Below are positions 17,969-28,176 of a stretch of 64,000 nucleotides of DNA, one piece after another. A program made the position numbers and the translations under genes. How positions within the stretch are numbered: position 1 is the first letter of the stretch; each line of letters starts with the position of its first letter. The stretch is from an uncultured Acidimicrobiaceae bacterium (GTDB lineage Bacteria > Actinomycetota > Acidimicrobiia > Acidimicrobiales > Bog-793), in assembly GCA_963823945.1 (NCBI GenBank), contig CAWGNK010000005.1:262057-326056 (forward strand), given 5' to 3'. The notes below the pieces were generated by a model, which had not been told where the DNA came from, made no database searches, and was given only the letters and a program-made list of their open reading frames with translations.

Positions 17969-19244
17969 GTGCGCGCCCAGCAGAGCTCGGCGCTCTGGGC
18001 CCGGGCGACCGCCGTGATCCCCGGGGGGGTCAACTCGCCGGTGCGGGCGTTCGGCTCGGTGGGCGGCGAGCCGTACTTCGTCGCCGCGGCGGACGGTGCC
18101 TACCTGACCGACGTCGACGGGAACCGCTACATCGACTACGTGCAGTCCTGGGGCGCCTCGATCCTCGGCCACGCCCACCCCGCCGTCGTCGACGCCGTGG
18201 CGTCGGCGGCCGCGCGGGGCACGACGTACGGCGCGCCCACCGAGTCCGAGGTGGCGCTCGCCGAGAAGATCGCGGCGGCCATCCCGGGTTGCGAGATGGT
18301 GCGGCTCGTCTCGTCGGGCACCGAGGGCGCGATGACGGCGATCCGGATCGCGCGCGGCGCGACGGGGCGCGAGCCGCGTCGTGAAGTTCGCCGGCTGCTA
18401 CCACGGGCACAGCGACGCCCTGCTCGCCAGCGCCGGGAGCGGGGTCGCGACGCTCGGTCGGGTGGACTCGGCGGGCGTGCCCGCCGGCGCCGTCGAGGCG
18501 ACCGTCGTCGCGCCCTACAACGCCGTGCCGCTGCTCGACGAGCGGGTGGCCTGCGTCATCGTCGAGCCGGTGGCGGCGAACATGGGGCTCGTCGCCCCGG
18601 CGCCGGGCTTCCTTGCGGGCCTGCGCCGGGCCTGCGACGAGGTGGGCGCGCTGCTCGTCTTCGACGAGGTGATCTCGGGGTTCCGGATCGCGCCGGGCTG
18701 CGCCGCGGCGCGCTTCGGGGTGCAACCGGACCTGTACTGCCTCGGCAAGGTCGTCGGCGGGGGCCTGCCGCTCGCCGCCGTCGCCGGCGCCGCCGCCGTG
18801 ATGGAGCTCCTCGCGCCGGTCGGCCCCGTCTACCAGGCCGGCACGCTGGCGGGGAACCCGCTCGCCACGGCGGCCGGCCTCGCCGTCCTGGAGCTGCTCG
18901 GGCCCTCGGTCTACGACGAGCTGGAGCGCACGGTCGCGCGACTCGCGGCCGGGATCGGGGGCGCGCTGGCCGACGCGGGCCTCGCCGCCCAGGTGCCGGT
19001 CTGTTCCACGCTGTGCGGGGTGTACTTCGCCGCCGCGCCGGTCACCGACTACGAGGGGGCCCGACGCGCCGCCGCCTGCGGCGGGTACGCGCGCTTTTTC
19101 CGGGCGATGCTCGCCAGGGGGGTGGCGCTGGCGCCGAGCCCGTACGAGGTGATGTTCTGCTCGCTCGCCCACGGCGAACGCGAGGTCGAGGCGACGCTGT
19201 CGGCCGCCGCCGCCGCCGCCCGCGAGGTCGCCGCGGCCCGCTGA
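17969..19244 (+). pseudogene. hemL: glutamate-1-semialdehyde 2,1-aminomutase, interrupted by an apparent 1-nt insertion near 18374-18375
   Basis: The N-terminal part ('[12 protein letters not shown]', '[22 protein letters not shown]') is in the frame of ORF 17969. The continuation '[25 protein letters not shown]...' through the true C-terminus is in ORF 18381-19244. Confidence 0.85.
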
Positions 19245-19248
19245 CGGG

Positions 19249-20574
19249 TCAGCCCGCCGCCCGGGCGAGACGCGCGAGCGCGCCGTAGGCGAGCTCGGCG
19301 GGGCCGATCTCGTCGCTGCGGAGCAGGTTCGACATGATCCGCAGCAGCCACTCCATGAGCGTGCGGGAGTACATCCCGGTCGAGACGAGCGCCCGCATCA
19401 CGTCGGGGCGGCCCATCACGGCCATGAAGGCGGAGGCCGTCTTGAAGTACAGGCCGTAGTTCTCGGCGAGCTTGGCGTCGTAGCCGGCGAGCACGCGGTT
19501 GTCGTTGGCGAGGACCGCCTCGGCGGCGAAGGACGCCGCGATGCGACCGGTCTCGTAGCCGTAGGCGATCCCCTCGCCGTTGAACGGGTTGATCGAGCCG
19601 CCCGCGTCGCCGACGAGGACGTAGTCGGGGCCCTGGTGCGGGCCGACCGAGAGACCCATCGGCAGCCGGCCCCCGGTCGGCTCACCGAGGGCGCTGTCGG
19701 GCCCGAGGCACCACGACGACGGCGCACCCTCGACGAAGGAACCCAACAGCCGCGTCGTGTTCATCTCCTTCCAGCGCTCGAAGCTCGACAGGATCCCGAT
19801 GCCGACGTTCACCCGGCCGTCGCCGAGCGGGAAGATCCAGCCGTAGCCGGGGATCACCGATCCGGTCTCGTCGCGCAGGTCGAGGTGCGACTCGATCCAC
19901 GACTCGTCGTGGCGGGGCGAGGAGTAGTAGCCGCGGATCGCCAGGCCCTGGGGCAGGGCGCGGTCGCGGCTCGCGCCGAGCGCACGGCCGAAGCGCGAGT
20001 TCGAGCCGTCGGCGACGATGACGACGCGGGCCGCGATCTCATGGCTCACCTCGCCCCCGTGCTCGGTGACGATCGCCCCCTCCGCCCGCCCGCCCGCCCG
20101 GGCCTCTGCGCCGAGCGGGGCGACCGCCTCGCAGCCCTCCAGCAGCGTGGCGCCCACCTTCTCGGCGCGGCGCGCGACGAGCGCGTCGAGGTCGGCCCGG
20201 GTGATGACGTAGCCGTACTCCCCGAAATCTGGGTGCCTGGGCCAGCGCAGCAGCAGCTCGCGGCCGTAGGCGAGGGCGCGCAGGCCCGTGAAGCGGTGGT
20301 AGCGCGACAGGTCGTCGGCGAGCCCCATGTCCTCGAGCTGGCGCACCGAACGCGGCGTCAGCCCGTCACCGCACGTCTTGGCCCGCGGGAAGTGCTTCTT
20401 CTCGACGACGACGACGTCGAACCCCGCCTTGGCCAGCCAGTAGGCGGCGGCCGACCCCGAGGGCCCGGCGCCGATGACGAGCACCTCGCACGAGCGCGGG
20501 ATCACGCGAGCGGGCGCGACCACTCGGTCGTCGGCGGAAACCGGCACACCCCGAGCGTACCGGTCGCCCCGCAT
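19249..20574 (-). CDS. geranylgeranyl reductase family FAD-dependent oxidoreductase (menaquinone/isoprenoid reductase-like)
   Basis: '[47 protein letters not shown]' dinucleotide-binding motif and family pattern. Divergent from nuoA, as in many actinobacteria. Only the 3' 441 codons of the 809-aa ORF are taken. Confidence 0.8.
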   Translation of the reverse strand: MRGDRYARGVPVSADDRVVAPARVIPRSCEVLVIGAGPSGSAAAYWLAKAGFDVVVVEKKHFPRAKTCGDGLTPRSVRQLEDMGLADDLSRYHRFTGLRALAYGRELLLRWPRHPDFGEYGYVITRADLDALVARRAEKVGATLLEGCEAVAPLGAEARAGGRAEGAIVTEHGGEVSHEIAARVVIVADGSNSRFGRALGASRDRALPQGLAIRGYYSSPRHDESWIESHLDLRDETGSVIPGYGWIFPLGDGRVNVGIGILSSFERWKEMNTTRLLGSFVEGAPSSWCLGPDSALGEPTGGRLPMGLSVGPHQGPDYVLVGDAGGSINPFNGEGIAYGYETGRIAASFAAEAVLANDNRVLAGYDAKLAENYGLYFKTASAFMAVMGRPDVMRALVSTGMYSRTLMEWLLRIMSNLLRSDEIGPAELAYGALARLARAAG

Positions 20575-20646
20575 CCCGCCGCGAAGAGGGTTCGGCCCGG
20601 TTCGGATGTACCCAACCCGGCCCGCGTGGTAGAACCGCAGGGCGCC

Positions 20647-21102
20647 ATGGGAAGCCTCGACAGCTACCTGCCGATCTTTGTGCTGCTCGTCCTCGGGGTC
20701 CTCTTCGCGGCCGGGTCGATCGGCGCGTCGCGCCTGCTCGGCCCCCGCCGTCAGCACGCCGCCAAGCAGGCCCCCTACGAGTGCGGCATCGTGCCCACCG
20801 GCGAGCTCCCGCGGCGCTTCCCGGTCCGCTTCTACCTCATCGCGATGATCTTCGTCATCTTCGACATCGAGGTCATCTTCCTGTTCCCGTGGGCGGTGAT
20901 CTACGGCCAGCTCGGGCGGTTCGGCCTCGTCGAGGTGCTCGTGTTCGCGGGGGCGGTCTTCGTCTCGTTCATCTACCTCGTCGCCGACGGTGCCCTCGAC
21001 TGGGGCCCCGCGCGGCGGGCGCGGACAGTGGGCGGCGAGCCGGGGCGCACGTCCGAGTCGGCGGTCCGTCGGGTCGGGGCGGCTGGCGGGAGGGCGGAGT
21101 AG
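20647..21102 (+). CDS. nuoA: NADH-quinone oxidoreductase subunit A
   Basis: 'YECGIVP...RFPVRFYLIAMIFVIFDIEVIFLFPWA'. ATG 20647. Confidence 0.9.
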   Translation: MGSLDSYLPIFVLLVLGVLFAAGSIGASRLLGPRRQHAAKQAPYECGIVPTGELPRRFPVRFYLIAMIFVIFDIEVIFLFPWAVIYGQLGRFGLVEVLVFAGAVFVSFIYLVADGALDWGPARRARTVGGEPGRTSESAVRRVGAAGGRAE

Positions 21103-21696
21103 GTGCCGTTCGCCGAGCCCTGGAACGGCCTCGAGTCGCTCAGCCACAACCTCCTCACCGGCAAGCTCGAAGACTTCGTGCGGTGGTCGCGCCGCCGGTC
21201 GATGTGGCCGGCGACGTTCGGGCTGGCGTGCTGCGCGATCGAGATGATGGCGACCGGGGGCGCCGAGTACGACATCTCCCGGTTCGGCATGGAGGTGTTC
21301 CGCGCCTCGCCGCGCCAGTCGGACCTGATGATCGTGGCGGGGCGGGTCTCCCAGAAGATGGCGCCCGTCCTGCGCCAGGTCTACGACCAGATGGCCGAGC
21401 CCAAGTGGGTGATCTCGATGGGGGTGTGCGCCTCGACGGGGGGCATGTTCAACAACTACGCGATCGTCCAGGGTGTCGACGAGATCGTCCCGGTCGACGT
21501 CTATGCGCCCGGGTGCCCGCCGAGCCCGAACACGCTGCTGCACGCCATCCTCACCCTGCACGAGAAGGTCCGGACCGGGGAGATCATGCGCCGTCGCGCC
21601 ACCTCCGGTGCCGGCGCCGGGGTCGACCTCGCGGCCGAGGTGCCGGGCTGGACCCAGCCGCTCGCCACCCCGGTCCACCTCGGGACGCCGCGCTGA
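21103..21696 (+). CDS. nuoB: NADH-quinone oxidoreductase subunit B
   Basis: '[15 protein letters not shown]', '[13 protein letters not shown]', '[10 protein letters not shown]'. Confidence 0.95.
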   Translation: MPFAEPWNGLESLSHNLLTGKLEDFVRWSRRRSMWPATFGLACCAIEMMATGGAEYDISRFGMEVFRASPRQSDLMIVAGRVSQKMAPVLRQVYDQMAEPKWVISMGVCASTGGMFNNYAIVQGVDEIVPVDVYAPGCPPSPNTLLHAILTLHEKVRTGEIMRRRATSGAGAGVDLAAEVPGWTQPLATPVHLGTPR

Positions 21697-22202
21697 TGGC
21701 GTCGTCGACGCCGCTCGCCTGGCGGGTGCCCGAGCTCGACGGGGTGCCGGCGGCCGACTCGTGTGGCGACGAGGTGTTCTTCCCGACCCGTGAGCGCTAT
21801 GTCGAGATCGCCACGGCGCTGCGGCAGGCGGGCTTCGTCACGGCGAGCGACCTCTGCGCCGTCGACTACCTGACGAACCTCGACCGCGCCCTGCCCGCCG
21901 GGGTCCCGAGGACGCGCTTCGAAGTCGTCGTCAACCTGCTCTCGCACGCCGAGGCGCGGCGCGCCCGTCTCCGGGTGATGGTCCCCGAGGACGACCCGGT
22001 CTGCCCGACGCTCTTCTACGTCTACCCGGGGACCGAGAACATGGAGCGCGAGGCCTACGACCTGATGGGGATCCGCTTCGCGGGTCACCCCGACCCGAGC
22101 CGGATCCTTCTGCCCCAGGACTGGGAGGGGCACCCGCTGCGCCGGGACTACGGCTCGGGACGCGTCCCGGTGCAGTTCAAGGAAGCGCCGGGCCCGCGGT
22201 GA
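21696..22202 (+). CDS. nuoC: NADH-quinone oxidoreductase subunit C
   Basis: 'ENMEREAYDLMGIRFAGHPD...RILLPQDWEGHPLRRDY'. Its ATG overlaps the nuoB stop. Confidence 0.88.
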   Translation: MASSTPLAWRVPELDGVPAADSCGDEVFFPTRERYVEIATALRQAGFVTASDLCAVDYLTNLDRALPAGVPRTRFEVVVNLLSHAEARRARLRVMVPEDDPVCPTLFYVYPGTENMEREAYDLMGIRFAGHPDPSRILLPQDWEGHPLRRDYGSGRVPVQFKEAPGPR

Positions 22203-23590
22203 GCGAACACCAGCCCGCCGCCGGCCAGGTCCCCGAAGAGGTGGGGGCGGCCTTTGACGCCGCCGCCAGGGCGCGGCTCGTCGCCGTGACCGACGAGGGA
22301 ACCCAGCAGCTCGCGCCCCTCGACGCGACCGGCGCGGCCGAGCTCGCGATCGAGCGGGGCGGCGTGCTGCGCCTCCCGGAGAGCGACGCCCTCGACCCGG
22401 ACGCCGCCGACGCGACCTTCGGCACCGGCGAGACGATGATCCTCAACGTCGGGCCGCAGCACCCCTCGACCCACGGCGTGCTGCGGATGATGGTCGAGCT
22501 CCAGGGCGAGACGGTCCTGCGCTCGAAGCCCGTGATCGGCTACCTCCACACCGGGATGGAGAAGACGGGCGAGGAGCTCACCTACGTCCAGGGCGCGACG
22601 AACGTCACCCGCATGGACTACCTGTCGCCGCTGCACAACGAGCTCGTCTACGCGCTCGCCGTCGAGAAGCTCCTCGCCGTCGAGATCCCGCCGCGGGCCA
22701 CCTGGATCCGCATGCTGATGTGCGAGCTGAACCGGATTTCCTCCCACGCCATCTGGGCCGCGACGAACGGGATGGACCTCGCCTCGACTTCGATGATGAT
22801 CTTCGGGATCCGCGAGCGCGACCTCGTGCTGCAGTTCTTCGAGAAGGTCACCGGGCTGCGGATGAACCACAACTACATCAGGCCCGGCGGCGTGGCGGCG
22901 GACCTGCCGGACGGGTGGGAGGACGACGTCGAGGCGGTCGTCGACACGGTCGGCGCACGCCTGGCGGACTACGACAACCTGCTGACGGGCCAGCCGATCT
23001 TCCGCGAGCGCACCGAGGGCGTCGGGGTCGTCCCGGCGGAGCTGCTGCTCGCCATGTCGGCGACGGGGCCGCTCCTCCGGGCGGCGGGGGTCCCCTGGGA
23101 CCTGCGGCGCCAGATGCCCTACCTCGCCTACGACGAGGTCGAATTCGACGTCATCGTCGGCACCGCCGGCGACTGCTTCAGCCGCTACGCCGTGCGCCTC
23201 GCCGAGGTGCGGGAGTCGATCCGGATCGTCCGCCAGATCCTCGAGAAGATGCCCTCGGGCGACTACCGGACCCAGGACAAGAAGGTCACGCCGCCGCCGC
23301 GGGCCCGGATCGACGAGTCGATGGAGGCGCTCATCCACCACTTCGAGCTGTTCACCCGCGGCATCGTCCCGCCGGCGGGTGAGGTCTACGTCGCCGTGGA
23401 GTCCCCGCGGGGCGAGCTCGGCTGCTACCTCGTCTCCGACGGGTCGAACCGCCCGATGCGGATGCACATCCGCACCCCCAGCTTCGTCAACCTCCAGTCG
23501 GTGCCGGCGATGCTGCGTGGCGGCCTGATCGCCGACATGATCGCCATCCTCTCCTCGGTCGACCCGGTCCTCGGGGACGTCGACCGGTGA
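22199..23590 (+). CDS. nuoD: NADH-quinone oxidoreductase subunit D
   Basis: 'LNVGPQHPSTHGVLR', 'GYLHTGMEK', 'IRTPSFVNLQ'. Confidence 0.95.
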   Translation: MSEHQPAAGQVPEEVGAAFDAAARARLVAVTDEGTQQLAPLDATGAAELAIERGGVLRLPESDALDPDAADATFGTGETMILNVGPQHPSTHGVLRMMVELQGETVLRSKPVIGYLHTGMEKTGEELTYVQGATNVTRMDYLSPLHNELVYALAVEKLLAVEIPPRATWIRMLMCELNRISSHAIWAATNGMDLASTSMMIFGIRERDLVLQFFEKVTGLRMNHNYIRPGGVAADLPDGWEDDVEAVVDTVGARLADYDNLLTGQPIFRERTEGVGVVPAELLLAMSATGPLLRAAGVPWDLRRQMPYLAYDEVEFDVIVGTAGDCFSRYAVRLAEVRESIRIVRQILEKMPSGDYRTQDKKVTPPPRARIDESMEALIHHFELFTRGIVPPAGEVYVAVESPRGELGCYLVSDGSNRPMRMHIRTPSFVNLQSVPAMLRGGLIADMIAILSSVDPVLGDVDR

Positions 23591-24168
23591 CCGCCCACCT
23601 CTCGGCGGAGAACCGGGCCCGGGCCGAGGCGCTCGTCGCGCTCTACCCGCAGCCCCGCTCGGCGCTCGTGCCGCTGTGCCACCTCGCCCAGGCACAGGAC
23701 GGCTGGCTCTGCGCCGAGGCGATGGAGGAGATCGCCGAGCTCTGCGGCACGACCCCGGCCGAGGTCTACGGGACGGCGACCTTCTACGACATGCTGCACA
23801 CCGAGCGGGTCGGCCGGCACGTCATCGCGATCTGCACGAACATCGCCTGTTTGCTCGCCGGCGCCGACGAGCTCGTCGAGCACGCCGAGCGCCGGCTCGG
23901 GGTGCGCTGCGGGCAGACGACCGAGGACGGCGAGTTCACCCTCGAGGAGGCCGAGTGCCTCGCCGGTTGCGACGCCGCCCCGTGCGTGCAGGTGAACCAC
24001 CGCTACGTCGCGGCTCGCGACGCCGCGTCGTTCGACGCCCTCGTCGCCGATCTCGCCAAGGGCCGGCGGCGCCAGGAGATCCCGCGTCACGGCGTGCTCT
24101 GCCGGATCGAGCGCACCGTCGGCCTGCCGGGTGCGGCGGCGTCCCCCCGCCGGCGGGCGAGGAGCTGA
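23587..24168 (+). CDS. nuoE: NADH-quinone oxidoreductase subunit E
   Basis: 'YPQPRSALVPLCHLAQ', 'ICTNIACLLAG', 'EAECLAGCDAAP' (2Fe-2S Cys pattern). Confidence 0.9.
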   Translation: MTAHLSAENRARAEALVALYPQPRSALVPLCHLAQAQDGWLCAEAMEEIAELCGTTPAEVYGTATFYDMLHTERVGRHVIAICTNIACLLAGADELVEHAERRLGVRCGQTTEDGEFTLEEAECLAGCDAAPCVQVNHRYVAARDAASFDALVADLAKGRRRQEIPRHGVLCRIERTVGLPGAAASPRRRARS

Positions 24169-24172
24169 GCCG

Positions 24173-25504
24173 ATGCTGACCGGCGCCCCGCGCATCGTGA
24201 CCGCCCGCCTCGACCACGAGGACTCCCACACGCTCGAGAGGTACCTCGCGACCGGCGGCTACAGGGCGCTGCGCAAGGCGTTGCGGATGAAGCCCGAGGC
24301 GGTGGCGGCCGAGGTGAACCGGGCGAGCCTTCTGGGCCGCGGCGGGGCCGGCTTCCCGGCGGGGCGCAAGTGGTCGATGCTCCGCCCCGCCGAGACGACC
24401 TACCTCGTCGTCAACGGCGACGAGAGCGAGCCGGCGACGTTCAAGGACCACCTGCTCATCGAGCGCGACCCGCACCAGATCATCGAGGGGGCCGCCATCG
24501 CCGCCTACGCCGTCGGCGCCCGGCTGGCCTTCATCTACTGCCGCGGGGAGTTCGCCCTCGGGCTCGAGCGCCTAACTGCCGCCTGCAACGAGGCCTACGA
24601 GCACGGCGCCCTCGGGGGGCGGATCTTCGGCTCGACGTTCTCGCTCGACGTCGTCGTCCACCCCGGGGCGGGTGCCTACATCTGCGGCGAGGAGACCGCG
24701 CTCATCGAGAGCCTGGAGGGCAAGCGCGGCTTCCCGCGCATCAAGCCGCCGAACTTCCCCGCCGCGATCGGCCTCTACGGGGAGCCGACGGTCGTCAACA
24801 ACGTCGAGACGATCTCGGCCCTGCCCTGGATCGTCCAGCACGGCGGGGAGGCCTACGCCGCGCTGGGCGCCGGCACGTCGACCGGCACGCGCCTGTTCGC
24901 CCTGTCGGGCCGGGTCGCCCGGCCCGGCTGGTACGAGCTCGAGATGTCGAAGACGACCTTCCGCGACCTCATCTTCGATCCCGCCCTCGGCGGGGGCATC
25001 GCCGACGCTGGCGAGCTGAAGGCGTTCATCCCCGGCGGGGTCTCGGCGCCCTGGCTCGGCCCGGACTCGCTCGACCTCGGCCTCGACCAGGACGCCGTCG
25101 GGAAGGCGGGGTCGATGCTCGGCTCGGGCTCCGTCGTCGTGCTCGACCAGACGAGCTGTGCCGTGCGCGCCGCCTGGCGCATCACGCGCTTTTTCTGGCG
25201 GGAGTCCTGCGGGCAGTGCACGCCCTGCCGGGAGGGCGGCCACTGGCTCGAGAAGGTGCTGCGGCGCATCGAGGAGGGGGGCGGCCGCTTCGCTGACCTC
25301 GACCTGCTGATGGACGTGTGCGACAACCTCGCCCCCGGGGTGAGCTGGCCGCCCGAGCAGACGACGATCTGCGTGCTCGGCCCGTCGATCCCGTCGTCGG
25401 TCGCCTCGGCGCTGCGGATGTTCCGCGAGGAGTTCGCGACCCACATCCGGACCGAGGAGTGCCCGTTCGCCGCGGCATCCCACGAGATGGCGGCTGGACG
25501 ATGA
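24173..25504 (+). CDS. nuoF: NADH-quinone oxidoreductase subunit F
   Basis: 'GRGGAGFPAGRKW', 'YICGEETALIESLEGKRG', 'ESCGQCTPCREG'. Confidence 0.95.
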   Translation: MLTGAPRIVTARLDHEDSHTLERYLATGGYRALRKALRMKPEAVAAEVNRASLLGRGGAGFPAGRKWSMLRPAETTYLVVNGDESEPATFKDHLLIERDPHQIIEGAAIAAYAVGARLAFIYCRGEFALGLERLTAACNEAYEHGALGGRIFGSTFSLDVVVHPGAGAYICGEETALIESLEGKRGFPRIKPPNFPAAIGLYGEPTVVNNVETISALPWIVQHGGEAYAALGAGTSTGTRLFALSGRVARPGWYELEMSKTTFRDLIFDPALGGGIADAGELKAFIPGGVSAPWLGPDSLDLGLDQDAVGKAGSMLGSGSVVVLDQTSCAVRAAWRITRFFWRESCGQCTPCREGGHWLEKVLRRIEEGGGRFADLDLLMDVCDNLAPGVSWPPEQTTICVLGPSIPSSVASALRMFREEFATHIRTEECPFAAASHEMAAGR

Positions 25505-28176
25505 GCGCCGCGCGCAACCGCGCCGCCGGGGCGGTCGTCCATCTGACGATCGACGGGACCGCCCTCGAGGCGCCCCCCGGCGAACTGCTGATCGACGCCG
25601 CCGAGCGGGCCGGGATCTTCCTCCCGCGCTTTTGCTACCACCCGCGCCTCGACCCGGTGGGCATGTGCCGGATGTGCCTCGTCGAGGTCTCGGGTCCGCG
25701 CGGTTTTTCGTTGCAGCCCGCCTGCATGCTCAGTGTCGCCGAAGGGCTCGAGGTGCGCACCGCCTCGGCAAAGGCCCGCAAGGCCCAGCAGGGCGTGCTC
25801 GAGTTCCTGCTCATCAACCACCCGCTCGACTGCCCGGTCTGTGACAAGGGGGGCGAGTGCCCCCTGCAGGACCAGGCGTTTTCGCACGGCCCCGGCGAGA
25901 GCCGCTTCACGGAGGAGAAGCGCCACTGGGCCAAGCCGATCGAGATCGGCCCGCGGGTCCTGCTCGACAGGGAGCGCTGCATCCAGTGCGGCCGCTGCAC
26001 CCGCTTCGCCGCCGAGGTCGCCGGTGAGGCGACGATCGACTTCGCCTTCCGCAGCGACGGCGTCGAGGTCGCGCCGTTCCCCGGGGAGCCGTTCGACTCG
26101 TACTTCTCGGGCAACACGATCCAGATCTGCCCCGTCGGCGCGCTCACGTCGCCCGCCTACCGCTTCACCTCGCGCCCGTGGGACCTCGAGCAGGTCGAGA
26201 CGACGTGCACGACGTGCGCCGTCGGCTGCCGCGTCGTGGCCCAGTCGTCGGCGGGGAGGCTCGTGCGCTATCTCGGCGTCGACTCCGACCCGGTGAACCA
26301 GAGCTGGCTGTGCGACAAGGGCCGCTACGGCTTCGAGGCGGTCCACTCGGAGCGCCGCCTGACGGCGCCGACCGTCGAGAAGGGCGAGGTCCACCAGCCG
26401 GTGACCTGGCACGAGGCGCTCGACGCCGCCGCCGCGGCGATCGGCGAGGCCCGGGAACGGGGCGGGCCGGATTCCGTCGGGATCCTCGGTGGGGCGCGCC
26501 TTTCCAACGAGGACGCCTACGCCTGGGCCAAGCTCGCCAAGTCCGTCCTCGGCACGGACTCCGTCGACGCGCAGCTCGACGACGGGCTCCCGGCAGCCGC
26601 GGTGCTCGGCCTACCGCACGCGACGATCGACGAGGCCGCCGCCGCGAGCGTCGTCGTCACGCTGACGGGCGACCTGCGCGAGGAGCTGCCGGTCCTCTTC
26701 CTGCGCCTGCGTCGCGCCGCCCTCGACGGCGCAAGGATCGTCGAGTGCTCGACGGCCGCGACGGCGCTCACGCCGTACGCGGCGCACCGGCTCGCCTACC
26801 TGCCCGGCGAGATCGCCCGGCTCGCGGCCTGCCTCGTCGGTGCGACCGGCGCCCGGCCGACCGGTGTCGACGACGAGGCGCTCGCGGCGGCGCGGACGCT
26901 GCTGGGCTCGCTCGGCGGCGGGGGTCTCGTCGTCGTCGTGGGCCGGCCGTCGCTCGCCGAGTCGGGGGAAAGCGTCGCCGAGGCGGCGCACGCCATCGCG
27001 CGCGCCTACCCGCAGGCCCGTTTCCTGCCGGCGCTGCGCCGGGCGAACGTGCACGGCGCCCTCGACATGGGCCTCGCGCCCGGGCTGCTGCCCGGCCGAG
27101 TGACGCTCGAGGCGGGCCGGGACGCGCTCTCGGCCGCCTGGGGGGAGCTGCCGGCCAAGCCGGGCCGGGACGCCCGCGCCATCCTCCAGGCGACGGTCGA
27201 CAACGAGATCTCCACCCTCATCCTTCTGGGTTGCGACCCGCTCGGCGACTGCCCGGACCGCGAGCTCGCGCGGGCCGCGATCGAGCAGGCGCGCTTCGTC
27301 ATCTTCGTCGGGACGCACCACACGGGGGCGAGCGCACTGTCACGGGTCGTCCTGCCGGTGGCGGGTGACGGCGAGCGCGGGGGGACGACGACGAACTGCG
27401 AGGGCCGGGTGTCGAGGCTGGCCGCCAAGGTGCTCCCCCCGGGAATCGCCTGGCCGGCGTGGACGGTCGCGGGCGAGCTGGCGAAGCGGTTCGGCGCCTC
27501 GCTCGGGTTCGAGGGCGTCGAGCAGATCTCCTCGGAGATCGCGCGCCTCGCCCCGGCGTATCGGGGTGTCGACGCCGCCCTGCTCGGGCAGCCGGAACGC
27601 CGCGACGGTGTCGTGGTGCCCCTCGCCGCCGTGGGGGTCGACATCGGCAGCCGCCGGCCGCGGCCGATCGATCCCATCGCGACCCCCGGGATCCTCTCGG
27701 TCGAGGACCACGGCGCGCCGCTCGAGATCGGCGCCGCCCGGCCGGCCGGTGCGGCGGGGGAGGTGGCACCCGTGGGGGCGGCTTCGCCGGTGTTGCCGCT
27801 CGTCACGTTCTCCCCCCCGGAGGGGACCCCGCCGGCCGACGAGCCCGCGCCGGGCGCCTACCGTCTCGTCGTGCGCCGCACGCTTTTCGAACGAGGAACG
27901 CTCGTCGCCGAGAGCCCTTCGCTCGCGCAGCTGGTGCCCGAGCCGGCGGTGTTCGTGCACCCCGCCGCGCTGAAGGAACTGCGCGTGACACCGGGGTCGA
28001 CCGTCACGGTCCGCTCGGCGCGGGACTCGCTGCAGGTGCCGATCGCCCTTGACGACTCGCTGCCGCGCGGCGTGGCGCTGCTCGTCGCCAACCTTGTGCC
28101 CTCCGAGGGGCGGGGCGCGAGCGCGCTCGTCGACGCCTCGCGACCCGCGACCGACGTCTGGCTGGAGAAGGTGTGA
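25501..28176 (+). CDS. nuoG: NADH-quinone oxidoreductase subunit G
   Basis: 'RFCYHPRLDPVGMCRMCLVEV', 'HPLDCPVCDKGGECPLQD', 'CIQCGRCTRF'. Its ATG overlaps the nuoF stop. Confidence 0.93.
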   Translation: MSAARNRAAGAVVHLTIDGTALEAPPGELLIDAAERAGIFLPRFCYHPRLDPVGMCRMCLVEVSGPRGFSLQPACMLSVAEGLEVRTASAKARKAQQGVLEFLLINHPLDCPVCDKGGECPLQDQAFSHGPGESRFTEEKRHWAKPIEIGPRVLLDRERCIQCGRCTRFAAEVAGEATIDFAFRSDGVEVAPFPGEPFDSYFSGNTIQICPVGALTSPAYRFTSRPWDLEQVETTCTTCAVGCRVVAQSSAGRLVRYLGVDSDPVNQSWLCDKGRYGFEAVHSERRLTAPTVEKGEVHQPVTWHEALDAAAAAIGEARERGGPDSVGILGGARLSNEDAYAWAKLAKSVLGTDSVDAQLDDGLPAAAVLGLPHATIDEAAAASVVVTLTGDLREELPVLFLRLRRAALDGARIVECSTAATALTPYAAHRLAYLPGEIARLAACLVGATGARPTGVDDEALAAARTLLGSLGGGGLVVVVGRPSLAESGESVAEAAHAIARAYPQARFLPALRRANVHGALDMGLAPGLLPGRVTLEAGRDALSAAWGELPAKPGRDARAILQATVDNEISTLILLGCDPLGDCPDRELARAAIEQARFVIFVGTHHTGASALSRVVLPVAGDGERGGTTTNCEGRVSRLAAKVLPPGIAWPAWTVAGELAKRFGASLGFEGVEQISSEIARLAPAYRGVDAALLGQPERRDGVVVPLAAVGVDIGSRRPRPIDPIATPGILSVEDHGAPLEIGAARPAGAAGEVAPVGAASPVLPLVTFSPPEGTPPADEPAPGAYRLVVRRTLFERGTLVAESPSLAQLVPEPAVFVHPAALKELRVTPGSTVTVRSARDSLQVPIALDDSLPRGVALLVANLVPSEGRGASALVDASRPATDVWLEKV

